Positions 39,731-51,693 of a DNA stretch of 64,000 bases are shown here, piece by piece. Position 1 is the stretch's first letter; every line of letters begins with the position of its first letter. Source of the stretch: Lama glama (taxonomy: Eukaryota); assembly GCA_028534125.1 (NCBI GenBank), contig CM052817.1:42410001-42474000 (forward strand), written 5' to 3'. The translations under genes and the position numbers were made by a program. A model generated the notes under the pieces. That model searched no databases and was not told where the DNA came from. It was given only the letters and a program-made list of their open reading frames with translations.

Positions 39731-40750
39731 AAATTCTATTTTCAATGTTTTTGGATATAAACCTTAAAGTGTGATTGCTACATCATATGGTAATTCTATT
39801 TTTATTTTTTGAGTAATCTTCATATTGTTTGCCATAGCAGGTGCACCATTTCACATTCCCATGAATATTGCACAAGAATTCCAATTTCTCTACATCTTGC
39901 CTACACTTGTATTTTATTTTGTTTTGTTTTTTGATAGTGGGCATCTAAATGGATGTGAGGTGATAGCTCACTGTAGTTTTAAATTGCATTTTCCTGATGA
40001 CTAATGGTATTGAACATCTAATATATGCTTATTGGTCATTTGTATATCTTTTTGGGAGAAATGTCTATTAAGTCTTTTGCCCCTTAAAAATTTTTTTTAA
40101 TGTTGTTGAGTTGTAGGAATTCTTTATATATTCTGGATAATAATCCTTTATCAGATATATGATTTGAAAATATTTTCTCTCATTCCATAGGTTGCCTTTT
40201 ACTTTGTTGATTGTTTCCTTTGCTATGCAGAAGTTTTAAAGTTTGTTTTAGTCCTTTTGTCTATTTTTGCTTTTGTAGACTGGGCTCTTGGTATCATATT
40301 TAAGAAATCATTGCCAAATCTAAATCATGAAGATTTTGCTCTACATTTTCTTTTAGGATTTTATAGTTCCAGGTATTACATTTAGGGCTTTAATCCATTT
40401 TAAATTAATTTTTGCATATGATGTGAGGTAAGGGTCCAAGTTCATTCTCTTGCATGTTGGTTTCCAGTTTCCCAGCACCACTTGCTGAAGAAACTATCCC
40501 TTATTTATTGTGTGTATAACCTTGGCACCCTTGACAAAGGTCACTGGCAAGGGTGCCAAATAAGAAACGTGAGGGTTTATTTTAGGGCTCTTTATTCTCT
40601 TCCATTGGTCTATGTATCAGCCTTTATGTCAGTACCACACTGTTTCTATTACTATAGCTTCACAATATGTTTTTAAAACAGGATGTGTGAGGCCTTCAGG
40701 TATGCTTTTCTTTCTCAAGATTGTTTTGGTAAGTTGAGGTTCTTGAGACA
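39731..40750 (-). mobile_element. L1MA/MB ORF2 remnant (host element, right part)
   Basis: TTTTGGATATAAACC...CATATGGTAATTCTATTTTT...CCAGCACCACTTGCTGAAGAAACT continues the host after the TSD. Confidence 0.85.
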
Positions 40751-43700
40751 TTGGGCTGTAGGAGTTCGGAGTCTCACTTTTCATATGTAGACTTTCACAT
40801 CTCTAAATGTTTTCACTATAGCCTCTCTACCCTCAGCTGAGCTGGGTGTTTTTATGGCCAGGGTCCCTTTGGTTCAGCAGAGAGTAAATCTCCAGTCTTC
40901 TGCTGTGATGGACATAAGACTGGGAATGGGTGATAGTTGCTTTGCTGTTGATGGATGGACAGGATCTGGGGTCTCCAATGATATTCTTTATTGCCTTGAA
41001 GTAAAGACTCAGTAATGTTCACTGGTTGATTAATTTTGTCTTTCAGCATTAGTGGACTAATTGCTGGACTGAGGAGCAGACAAGATAGATAAAAGGAGTA
41101 CAAGAAAATTTCAAGCAAGAAAAATTGATACTGTTAAAAATAAAAGTTATTAAAATTGTTAGATTCCTGAAATTTCAAATTGTAACCCATTAGTGGTTGT
41201 GAATATGATTTCCTCACAAAGCTTTCTTTTTAAAGAAACATTATAGAATTTATATCTATAATATTTAAAACTCTGTTGACATAAGCAGAAATATTAGAAT
41301 CTTAAATGGATAATCACTGAAATGAACTAGCTTAGTTTTTGCATGGAGAATTCTAAATATGTCTGACAATAGGATTAGATACATAAGAAGTTCTTTAGGA
41401 GAACAATTTCATTTCCCTGAATAGCTCATCATTTTTCTTCTGGGGTTTTTCATGTAGGCTATTTAGGTGAATATTAAAAGTGTGAATGGAAATATTTTGT
41501 ACCCATGATGCTACAGATTGGCATCTTCAAAAGACAGGAGACATTGCCAAGTCTATCGCTAATCAAGTTTTATAATTTACAACCTGTGCAAACTATGGGC
41601 TGAGAACCATAGCAGTTGTGCTGAGCATTTCTGGGAAGTTACCATCATCCCAGCACCAATTATTAAAACCTCTTACACACATTAAAGCTATAAAGATTAA
41701 AAATATAGCACATTTGTCATTAAATATGGATGACTTCATGTAATATGCATTATATACAAAAACAATGTCCTGCCACTTGAGCTTTATCACTACCCTACGG
41801 AAAATCCACAAACCCAGAGTCCCACATCAAAGCTCATTTTGGCAAAGCCAAGGAACAACTTTGTCATGCAAAATAAACACAGATGTTCCACACTCAGGCA
41901 ACTGGCTAGAGGAGATGGTGCATAGGGGGATGCAGGGCTCTGTAGAAGATAATGCCTTCTTACACACTCTACAGCAATCTTCTGCAGAGGCTGCTGCAAA
42001 ACGTTGTTTAAAAGGACTGATTCTTCCATTAAAAAAAAAAAAACTGTCTTTCCTAACTATAGCTGCGAACACAGTGAACTATGTTCTCTTCTGCATGCAC
42101 GTGGAAGTCTACACACACTGTCTGAGGTTGTAGGTTTGGATGTTTTTGAGCTAAAGAGAACTAAATTTCTCATGCATCTTAAGCAGTGCCTTTCTTGTCA
42201 GTGATATATTGATTTCTGTCTGTAAGGTAAAATATTAATAACCGTATTAATTACAAGAAGGTCTGAGGAAGGAAAAGTTTCTAGCCTCTTCCATTAACTG
42301 ACAGTTAACACGGGGCGGTTCCAAATGACCAGAAAGCTATAATTGACTTCCCTTTGTTCCTTTCATTCTCAGCTAATTGCAATAGAATATCTCCACTAAA
42401 CAAACATTCCTGGGACTCAAATGTATTTCTCCCAGGAACAAAAACAGAGTTGCAAAAGATGAGGAACACGTTTGGGATCTCTGATATGTGGCCAAGAATT
42501 GCACTGACATTCAGTTATTTAAAATACCTACTCAAAACAGTTTTCCCTCTCCATGTACTGTCATGTGATTGGGAGGGACAGGATAGGGTAGGATTGGAAA
42601 GAGAAGAAGTTTTGCAGTTACTGTGATTTTGGAACTATACAATTTTTGTGAACATCTCTGTCTTGAAGTAGTTTTAATCTGAAATATACCTAAGTCCCAT
42701 GGAGGAGGGAGTGTTAGAAGGCCAACAAAATCTCCCTCTGTTCTGCCAGCAATATTGTCTTGTTTATAATGGGAGAGCATCCTATTCATCATATTCCATT
42801 TAATAGGAAAAATAAGTAAAAAGCATTTTAGGAAACAAGTCACCTCTTGAGAAGACCAGGAGTCTTACCCATCATCTTTCACCATCTCACATTTTAAACA
42901 TCCTGCCTTAGGTGTGACAGGCAGAGAATTTCAGACTGTGCCCCACGTGCTCTTCAAGCTGCAAGTATTTGTGTTCTCCTCTGCTCTGTTTATTGCAACG
43001 TCCTTTACACTTTCCTAAGGCTGCATGTTTATCAACACTTGGAATATAGATCCCCCCAAAATATATTTATTTATTGTTTTATGACTTATAAGAATAATAT
43101 ATTATATACATTGTAAAGAATACTCAAAACTAAAAATGATAAACAGCAGAGGCAAGGATAACATTTTAAAGATAATTTTAATTTTATTCCTTCTTATTAG
43201 TGTAAAAGCCCCCTAGTATTATAATTTTATTTTAGACTATAGGACTGAGGCCATGTGATCACTGTGACTATGCTTTTACAAATCTGGCTCAATCGCTACA
43301 GTACAGCAAAGGGAGGATCCCATTCTAAGTGCAGTTCACTTTGATACATGGTTATAATCACTGTCATAGTGGAAAGATACTTTGTGCAAATATAATGAGC
43401 CAAGTTTTTGGCTGTGATTAATAAATCACGATCCTCATTTAAAAAAAAAATCCCAAACTCCCAATTAAGGAAAATAATTTTTCTTAACATTTGACATACA
43501 TTTCCATCTTCCCTAATGTCAATCATTTTTCTTTGCAAACTAATAAGTGGTTGTTACATTAATTTTAGCAAATTGCTTCAATCCATTGAAAATTTTATTT
43601 TTGAGTATTTAGTATGCATGGATTTCAAAACCTTAGAGAGGTTTACTTATTCAGGGTAAAAATATTGCTTAATAATGGGAACATTCCCAAATGTCAGTTT

Positions 43701-44273
43701 TCAAGATGCCTTCTCCATAGCCAAGTTACTTTCTCATTTATTATTAAAGTGTTACCTTTACCTTGAAGGGACATATTAATATTTTCCCCCAATTATCTGT
43801 TTGGTAGTATACTCCTGTCAGCCACTTATCATCATAGAAAAGCTCAGTAAATCTGGAATACTTTACCATTCATTAAAAAAATGAGTAACATTTTAATTCC
43901 AACTCTTCATACTTTACCAAGAGATAATCAGTGAACCTCTGTGAGCTAAAAAGATTCCTGATTTTTCCCTGTTTTATTATAAGATGATATATATATTATT
44001 TTATTCTAAATGTCTTATCATTAAATAATAACTATATTATGAAATACTCCAGTAGTTTTTCTACTTCTTATTTCAACTTCTTTTCTGCAACAGTTTTCTG
44101 AAAATGATATAATGGAGTCCATAAATAGTGCTGTGAAATCCCAGAATTCCTTTTCAAATTCCATTTGGAGCAACTGCTCAAAGGTTGGACTTATATCAAA
44201 GATTGTACTTGAAAATATTTTATTTAAGAAGTCATTACTGTTAAAATGTATCTCCTCTGACATAGCTTTTCTT

Positions 44274-44366
44274 TTTTTCCCCCTCTAATGGAGGTACTGG
44301 GGATTGAACCCAGGACCTTGTGCATGCTATGCATGCACTCTACCACTGAGCTATTATCCTGTCCCC
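44274..44366 (-). mobile_element. Camelid tRNA-derived SINE (vic-1-like)
   Basis: TAATGGAGGTACTGGGGATTGAACCCAGGACCTTGTGCATGCTATGCATGCACTCTACCACTGAGCTAT. TSD-like ATAGCTTTTCTT/ATGGCTTTTCTT. Confidence 0.9.
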
Positions 44367-44799
44367 AGTATGGCTTTTCTTAAGTGACTTACAACAGCAG
44401 TTATTTGTGTATCTCACTATTGAAGTAAAATCTGGAAAATACCGTAAGATGAGACAACACCTATGGGCAGATGATTGCTGAAAAGGTAAACTGAATGAAA
44501 GTCCCTTTCCCTCTACTTTTGACTTTCAGCCATTGTGTCTCTCTGGTCCTGGGACCGAGGGACAGCTGGCAGTGAGTCCTAAGGCTCTGCTGAGGTCCTG
44601 TAAGAAAGAATAGTAAAGGTGACAATGTGCTTCCCCCTCCCTTTCCTGCTGTGCCCTATCCACAGGTCCCTTCCAGGGGCCTCAGCAGGGGCTGTCAGCC
44701 TGCCAGCTTCTACAACACATGTTCCTGGAGTTAGAGACATTCTGTGATATTCATGTCCTTTAGGACACTTCAGAAAATAGAAATAAATACCATTAATCA

Positions 44800-45620
44800 A
44801 ATAAAGAAAAATAACAAACAGAGAGAGGAAAAAGAGTCCAAATAATCAATGTCAGGTCCAGTAAAACAGAACAGCTTGGGACACAGAGAAATACATAAAT
44901 TTTGAAAATTAGAAAAAAAAAAAAAACAGCAAGAGTAGTCAGGAGATTTGAGTGCAGCACACACACACACACACACACATCCCAAATTTCCTGAAGCTTA
45001 AAAAAAGTCTTAAAATTCCATAGATGACACGAAGGACAAAAGGGCACTGTTGACATCTGTATTTATCATGTTATCTACAAAGAAAACATCAATATATTTT
45101 AAAAAGTAGAAATTATCAAGGCCATTCTCTGATAATAAAATTAGAAATAAAAAATTAAACCACAAAAAAAGTCTTACCTACATAGAAACTAAGAAATATA
45201 CTTATATCAAAGAGCAAGTAAAGAGAAAATTTAAATCTAGATAAAAGAAAAAATTAATATCGGAACATATGGTAATGGAAAATGTTATAAGAATACTTAT
45301 ATCTTCGTTATTAAAGGTGAATGGCTAAAAGAGAAAAAAATGAATACATTAGAAGACATTAGAAAAAGAACTGAAAAATGCACACAAAGAAACTAGAAAG
45401 ATGGAATTATTAAAGATAAAGGCTGAAATTATTTAAATTGAAAATCCAGAAACAGTAGAAGGAATAAGTAAATCCAAAACATATCTTTTTCAAAAAGTTC
45501 ATGAAAAAATTACCTCAAGCGGAAAGGTGAAAGAACAATTTAAAAATAAAAGCTATGAATGAGAAAAGACACATGATCATAGATAAAGAAAGAATTTTAA
45601 AAATTGTATTTCCTTGAATA
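44800..45620 (+). mobile_element. Degenerate old L1 (L1ME-like) ORF2 N-terminal region
   Basis: A-rich, with AAGTAGAAATTATCAAGGCCATTCTCTGAT, TTAGAAAAAGAAC, ATAAAGGCTGAAATT motifs. Confidence 0.6.
44958..44979. repeat. (CA)n microsatellite
   Basis: Read directly, about 11 units. Confidence 0.95.
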
Positions 45621-45724
45621 TTTTGGTCAGATTTTATTAGACTGTCATCATTTCTTCCACATAACATGGCTGATGAAGAGATCACACTAAGAGGAAAAGT
45701 TGCCCATATACTTAACATTCTAGA

Positions 45725-46098
45725 ATCTTTTCTTGTTTTCTCCTAATTCTGCTCCAACCAAGCTCTTGCCACATCACATCACTGAAAGTCCCCTAGTCAA
45801 CATTACCATAGCTTTGTGTTGCTAAACCTAACATTCAATTCTCAGTCTGCATCTTTTTTAAACTCCTGGCAAGATCTGACATAGAGAATTACATGTTTCT
45901 CTTTGAAATGCTTTCTTCTCATGGATTCCCAAGACCTCACCCTTTCCCAGCCTTCCTCTTACTTCATTGGCCATTCCTTCTCAGCTTTTTAAAATAAGTT
46001 CCTTATGATCTCTTAAATCTCTTATCTCCTTGTCTTCACTACCTCATCCAGCCATGGCTTTAACTACCATCCAATTTTCTACCCACACCCTCTTCACA

Positions 46099-46143
<45 letters not shown>

Positions 46144-46270
46144 CTACTTTGCTTTCTGTCTTCCCCATTTATATCCTTTCAGTCACTCAGATAAAAACTG
46201 TTGGCTTTGCCCTCAAACTGCCTTTGTCATGCATCTCATGTCCAATTTGACAGGAAATCTTGTCCTACTT
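45725..46270 (+). mobile_element. L2 LINE fragment
   Basis: CACTGAAAGTCCCCTAGTCAAC...GTTGCTAAACCTAAC...TTCTCTTTGAAATGCTTTCTTCTC L2 RT-region motifs. Confidence 0.75.
46100..46141. repeat. (CA)n microsatellite
   Basis: Read directly, about 20 perfect units. Confidence 0.97.
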
Positions 46271-46309
46271 TCCAGTTGTAACCCAGAACACTGCTGGCAG
46301 ACAGAACAA

Positions 46310-47225
46310 CAGAAAGAAAATTAGCTGGAAAAAAAAAATGAATGGAATCTCAGGGACCTGTGGGACTATAACAAAAGATCTAACATTCACATCATCATAG
46401 TCCTGGAAGGAAAGGAAAAAGGGAGCAGAGTGGGAAGAATATATGAAGACGTAACAGGTGAAAACTTCTGAAACTGCCAAGACATATAAGTCTACAGATT
46501 CAAGAGTGTGAGTGAAACCCAAACAGGATAAACTCAAAAAATACACACCAAAACACATCATAATTAAAATTCTGAAAATTAAAGAGAAAGAAAGAATTTT
46601 GAAGGCAGTGAGAGAGAAATGTCACCTTACCATTACAGTAAAATGATTAGAATGACAGTAGATTTCTTATCTGAGATAAGTAAGCATGCAAATACCATAT
46701 GACCCAGCAGCTGTCCTTCTGGGAGTTTATCTCGAATGAACAAGACTTATGTTTACACAAAAACCTGTGCAAAATGTTTGTAGCATCCTTATTTGTAATG
46801 GACAAAACCAAAATTAACTCAGATATCATTCAGTGGGTGAATGGTTAAACAAACTGTGGTACATCCATGCCCTGGAATACTATTTAGCAATAAAAATAAA
46901 TAAATTATTGATACATGCAACTATCTGGATAAATCTCCAGAGAATTGTGCTGAATGAAAAATGCTGATCCCAAAAGGTAACACACTATGATTCCATATAT
47001 ACAACATTCTTGAAATGATAAAAAGCATAGAAATGATAAGAGATTAGCGGTTGCCAGGGATTATGGAGGGAGCAGATTGGGAAGAGGTAGTTGTGGCTAT
47101 AAAAGGGCAAAAGAGGTATCCTTGTGGTGATAGAAATAGTCCGTATCTTAGCATATCAATGTCAATATCCTGCTTATGACATTGCACTACAGTGTTGCAA
47201 GATGTTACTGTTGGGGTAAACTTAT
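46310..47225 (+). mobile_element. L1MC/MD-like element: ORF1 segment fused to ORF2 end and 3' UTR
   Basis: CTCAGGGACCTGTGGGAC...ACACATCATAATTAAA...GAATGACAGTAGATTTCTTATC (ORF1), then ACCATATGACCCAGCA...GAATACTATTTAGCAATAAAA...GCAAGATGTTACTGTTGGGG (3' end). Confidence 0.8.
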
Positions 47226-48219
47226 TTCATATAAGCTTTAATTATAAAATACAAATTTGGAAAGCAAGCAGAATAAACAAACAAATCCATGTATTCTTTC
47301 TAAAATTTATGATTGTCTTATTACAGTGTATAATATATATGGTCAGCTGATAAAAGAGCAGTCAGAACTAATATCATAAACTCTTGCTACACCCTTGATT
47401 AACCATAGTCCATTAATTTTGTATAGTGCAAGACACAAATGTATTTATTCCCCTGATCTTCTAATCAATTGTTTTTTCCTCAGAAAATGGAAAACAGTCA
47501 TTGAAATAAGTAACAGAGAGTTTAAACCAGGAATAATTAATTACTCTTAACTCTGTGCAAAAGATTCAGTGCAACTCAATGCAAGTAATTTGGAATCTTC
47601 AGACCTTCCTGAGTGACATTTAATGATCGAGTTCTTCCGAGGCAATCTGGTGTAGGTGTGAGAAGCACTGACAAGGTCTCTTCTACTATAGTTGTGAATA
47701 TTCATAACTGGGGATTTGTAAACCCTCTGAGGATTTGCTCAGAAGCTTCACGTTACAGAGCAAGATGTGTGGGAGTGTGCCGTCACTTCCTCCTGCCATA
47801 GCGCTGTGAATCGTTGTGGAGCCGTGTGCCACCACGTGAGGGCCAGTGACACTACAGAAAGTTCAACTGTGGCACGGGTTCCTGCTTCTTCCTTTCATTA
47901 TTATGCAGTGGGCAATAGCACAGGGGCTATGTCTACCTTCATTCTTGTGCAGTCAGGTCTTACCAAGGGCCTTTCCTTACTAAGCCTCCGGGAGGTAAAC
48001 ATTTCAACTATAACTAACACTCTGGAACAATTTCCTCTGTTAGCCATTCCATGACTGTGTCCCATGAAGTCCTAAATATCTGCGCCTCACACTTTGTCCC
48101 CAAGCGCACCAGAGTGTAAGCACCTTGTTGGGAGGCACTGCGCCTTAGCAACTATTGTGTCCTCATCACTTGTCACGGTTAACTCCTTAGAATAAGAGCT
48201 GAATAGACAGTGCTGGAAT

Positions 48220-48582
48220 GCAAACTACATTGTTGTCTTATTTTAAGAAATTGCCACAGCCGCACCAAACTTCAGCAACCACCACCCTCCTTAGTCAGCA
48301 GCTATCAACCTAGAGTCAAGACCATCCACCAGCAAAAACATGACTCACTGAAGGCTCAGATGATAGTTCGCATTTTTTAGCAATGAAGTATTTTAAATTA
48401 TGGTATGTACTTATTTTTAGATATAATGCTATTGCATATGTAATAGGGTACAGGACAGTATACACATGCTACATTTATATGTACTAAGAAATCAAAAAAT
48501 CTGTTGTGACTTGTTTTATTGAAATATTTGCATTATTGTGGTGGTCTGGAACTGAACCCACAATATCACCAAGGTACACCTG
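48220..48582 (+). mobile_element. Tigger1 DNA transposon 3' end
   Basis: CATTGTTGTCTTATTTTAAGAAATTGCCACAGCC...CTGAAGGCTCAGATGAT...GGTGGTCTGGAACTGAACCCACAATATC..AGGTACACCTG followed by TA. Confidence 0.9.
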
Positions 48583-48589
48583 TAATCAA

Positions 48590-49640
48590 TTTAACAATCT
48601 TTTTTTTTTCATTATGGTTAGCGCTTTCTCAATTTAAGAAATTCCTCTCTAATCCAATCTCAGAACTATATGCTCTTACATTGTTTTCTAAAGTTTTAAA
48701 ATTTTACTTTTCACATTTCAGTATTTAATCTACCTATAACTAATTACTATGTATGGTATGAGGTAGGGATTCAATTAGATTTTTTCCATACAGTTACTGA
48801 CTGCTCCAGCACCACTTACTGAATACTCCCTGCTAGCTACGTAGAGCTGCACTGCTTCTTCTAATCATCATCCATCACAGGTCTGTGTCTTTATGGCTTG
48901 TTGGTGGGTTTTCTAATTTTTTTCATTGGTTATTTTGTTATATTTCCATTGGTCAAACTGTCTTAATTTCTAGAACTGTATCTAACCTTTGACATCTTTT
49001 GGGTGAATCTCTCACTGGAATCTTCCTTTCAGGAATACTCTGGCTATTCACAGCCTGTTGTTCTCTTAGCTTGCCAAATTTCATGGAAAACCCTTTGAGA
49101 GCTTCATGGCAAATACATTAAATCTGTACATTAATTTCAAAAAAACTGACATCTTTGTGATCTTGAGTTTTCCTAACATGAATTTGGAATATCTCATTTA
49201 TTTTTTTATCTTTTAATGTCATCCACAAGTTTTTGGATTTTCTGCATATAGGTCTCATGCATTTTTATTAGATCCCCCACCAAGTACCTTAAACATTTTA
49301 TTCTATTGTAAATGCTTTCTTCTCACTACATTTTCTGTTTGTTGCTAGTGTATATACCACACAGGTTAATAACTCCTTTTATTTCTCAAAATTTGTTTAA
49401 AAATTTGTTTTTAGATTCTTTGGATTTTCTATATAATATTATCATTTGAGAATAAAACATAAATGTCTTTCTATCTAATCCTTATATCTTAAATTTATTT
49501 TTTGTCTTACTATATTAAATAAAACCTCAGGAGAATGTTAAATGCAATTGGTGATGGTGGTCATTCCTTCTTTTCCTTATTTTGAAGGTAATGCTTTTAA
49601 TGTTTACTCAACATTGAATAATACTTACTCTAGATTTACT
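48590..49640 (-). mobile_element. Old L1 (L1ME-like) ORF2 remnant
   Basis: TATGGTATGAGGTAGGGATTC, CTCCAGCACCACTTACTGAATA, ACTGACATCTTTGTGATCTTGAGT antisense ORF2 motifs. Confidence 0.75.
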
Positions 49641-49799
49641 GTGTATGTGGACAATGGAATATAGGACATAAATTCAGAGATTAAGTTGTGGTGATATTAC
49701 TACTTAGTATCTATGTGTTTATTAAACTATACACACATCAGCTTTGCAGCAATTACGGCATTGCATTGAAATAGTGTGTTTACAAGAGTAGTGGCCAAA

Positions 49800-50160
49800 A
49801 TTATAGCAGCTTTCCTTTTCCATCTTCTCAATCCATAGCTGATCTCTCAGTTGAAAATTCCTGTCAATTTGTCAGTGTCTCTATGAAGCACACTTTGTTT
49901 TGAATCCATCTGATTTCATTTCCTCCTCACCTTTACCTCTTTAGCCTAAACCACAATTACCTCTCACTTGGACAGGTCTCATAGCCTCCTAACTGTTGTC
50001 CCTGCTCCAATCTGGTCCTGCCATGGCCTGTGCTCCATGGAGCAGCTTTATTGATCTATTAAAATTATAAATGAAATCATGCCACTTCTTCGCCAATGGC
50101 TTCCCATAAGCTGGGAATAAAACTCAAACTTCTTACCTGGGTTTAATAAGTCCTACTGGC
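49800..50160 (+). mobile_element. L2 fragment
   Basis: CTCTCACTTGGAC...ATAGCCTCCTAACTG...CCAATGGCTTCCCAT...GAATAAAACTCAAACTTCTTACC. Confidence 0.75.
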
Positions 50161-50394
50161 CTCTTTTTACTGCATCCCAGAATGAGTGGCCTTCTTTTAG
50201 TTGCTTGAGCAAAGTCATCTCCATCCAACACTAACTCAGAGAGGCCTTCACTAGAAGAAGAAACAATACAAAAATAAATCCCAGGAATAGAGCAGCTACA
50301 TAAAAATGCAAGAAATAACAACAATGTAAGAAAGTTCTGTACAGAAAATAATTAAAGCATAGGCCAAACAAATAAAGTACATTGGCAATGGTTA

Positions 50395-50522
50395 TTACAT
50401 TTTGACTCAGCAGTTCTGGAGGGTGGTCTGCATTCTTAAAATTTTAATTAGTTAATTTAAATTTATTTTAATTATAATGGTGATTCTGATGCAGACCATC
50501 TATAGACAATGCTTTAAGGATT
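50395..50522. mobile_element. MER5-like hAT-Charlie fragment
   Basis: TGACTCAGCAGTTCTGG...TCTGCATT...GGTGATTCTGATGCAG. Confidence 0.5.
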
Positions 50523-51397
50523 ATCCCTTTAGGAGTCATTTAGGGATGAAGTGAGTAGGAGATGCTTGGTGATAGAGAAACGTTACAATCTAGGCTTTAT
50601 AGTTGTTTGATTTGACAAGGGTAGGAATGAAGAAAAAGGAACATTATTCATAACAGAAAGCACAGGAGTGAATTCTTTCATAATATAATGGTTTCTAGAT
50701 CAATTAAGAAAAACTATTAAGGCTATTCAAATAATGTTTTTAAATTTAAGTTTCTAAGGTTTCAGTAATATTTACATGGTCAGTTGTCCTCAAACTTTTG
50801 CATAAAATGTTCATCTGCATTCCAGAGTATATTACAATTTTGTTGTTAGCTACTATAAGAGAATATCAGCCCAAGGCACTGAATTCATTTCCATCAGGTC
50901 AGAGGACAACTAAGGTTTTAAAAACTGTGTTGCTTTCTGTGTATTGAGGTCATAAAACTGCCCTGAGTCCCAGCACAGGTGGCCACTCTCTGTGTGAAAT
51001 GCCCAAGCCTGTAAAACAAGAAGGTATGTCATGGATCCGTGGTGATCGCTGACACACTGAGCCTCTCCCTCATCTGCCTGAGAACTGGCATAAGTCAGAC
51101 TGCATATGATGCAGGAAACACAAAGCAGCCTAATTAACAGATTCCCTTCCCATTGAACTTGCACATTTGTTTGGGAGCTGGGGCACCAAAAACCTGAAAT
51201 GTTTAATCGACTCTCTTTAAAACACCATCCTGAATGATTTACTTGTTTTCTACAGATTTTATCCCCTATTAATAACTCACTAGCTTGGTAGACAGAAGCT
51301 CCCTCTTTAGCTTTACCAGATGATTATTTTATTTCAGTAGATTTTGTGATTACTGCTACTGGTGTCCTTTCTTATTAATCATAAAGAATTATATAAT

Positions 51398-51693
51398 TAG
51401 ACATAGAATACAAACTTGTGGTTGCCAGGGGGGAAGGGGGTGGGAAGGACAGACCGGGAATTCAAAATTTGTAGATACTGACAGGCATTTGTAGAATAGA
51501 TAAACAAGATTATACTGTATAGCACAGGGAAATATACACAAGATCTTATGGTAGCTCACAGAGAAAAACATGTGACAATGAATATATATATGTTCATGTA
51601 CGACTGAAAAATCGTGCTCTACATTGGAAATTGACACAACATTGTAAACTGACTATAACTCAATAAAAAAAAAGGAATGCTTGTATATGAAAA
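51398..51693 (+). mobile_element. Young 5'-truncated L1 3' UTR with poly(A) and perfect 15-bp TSD
   Basis: AGACATAGAATACAAACTTGTGGTTGCCAGGGGG...ACAACATTGTAAACTGACTATAACTCAATAAAAAAAAA. TSD AAAGAATTATATAAT at 51383-51397 and 51694-51708. Confidence 0.92.

Noticed and set aside
41031..41145. Plus-strand acceptor TAATTTTGTCTTTCAG (41046) with downstream AATAAA
   Set aside because: All frames close within 15 codons, and such acceptor-like tracts are common in AT-rich DNA; not enough support.
41593..42204. Five overlapping ORFs on both strands (up to 122 aa)
   Set aside because: No recognisable motif, a poly-A run translated as poly-K/F, and no convincing splice boundaries; consistent with chance.
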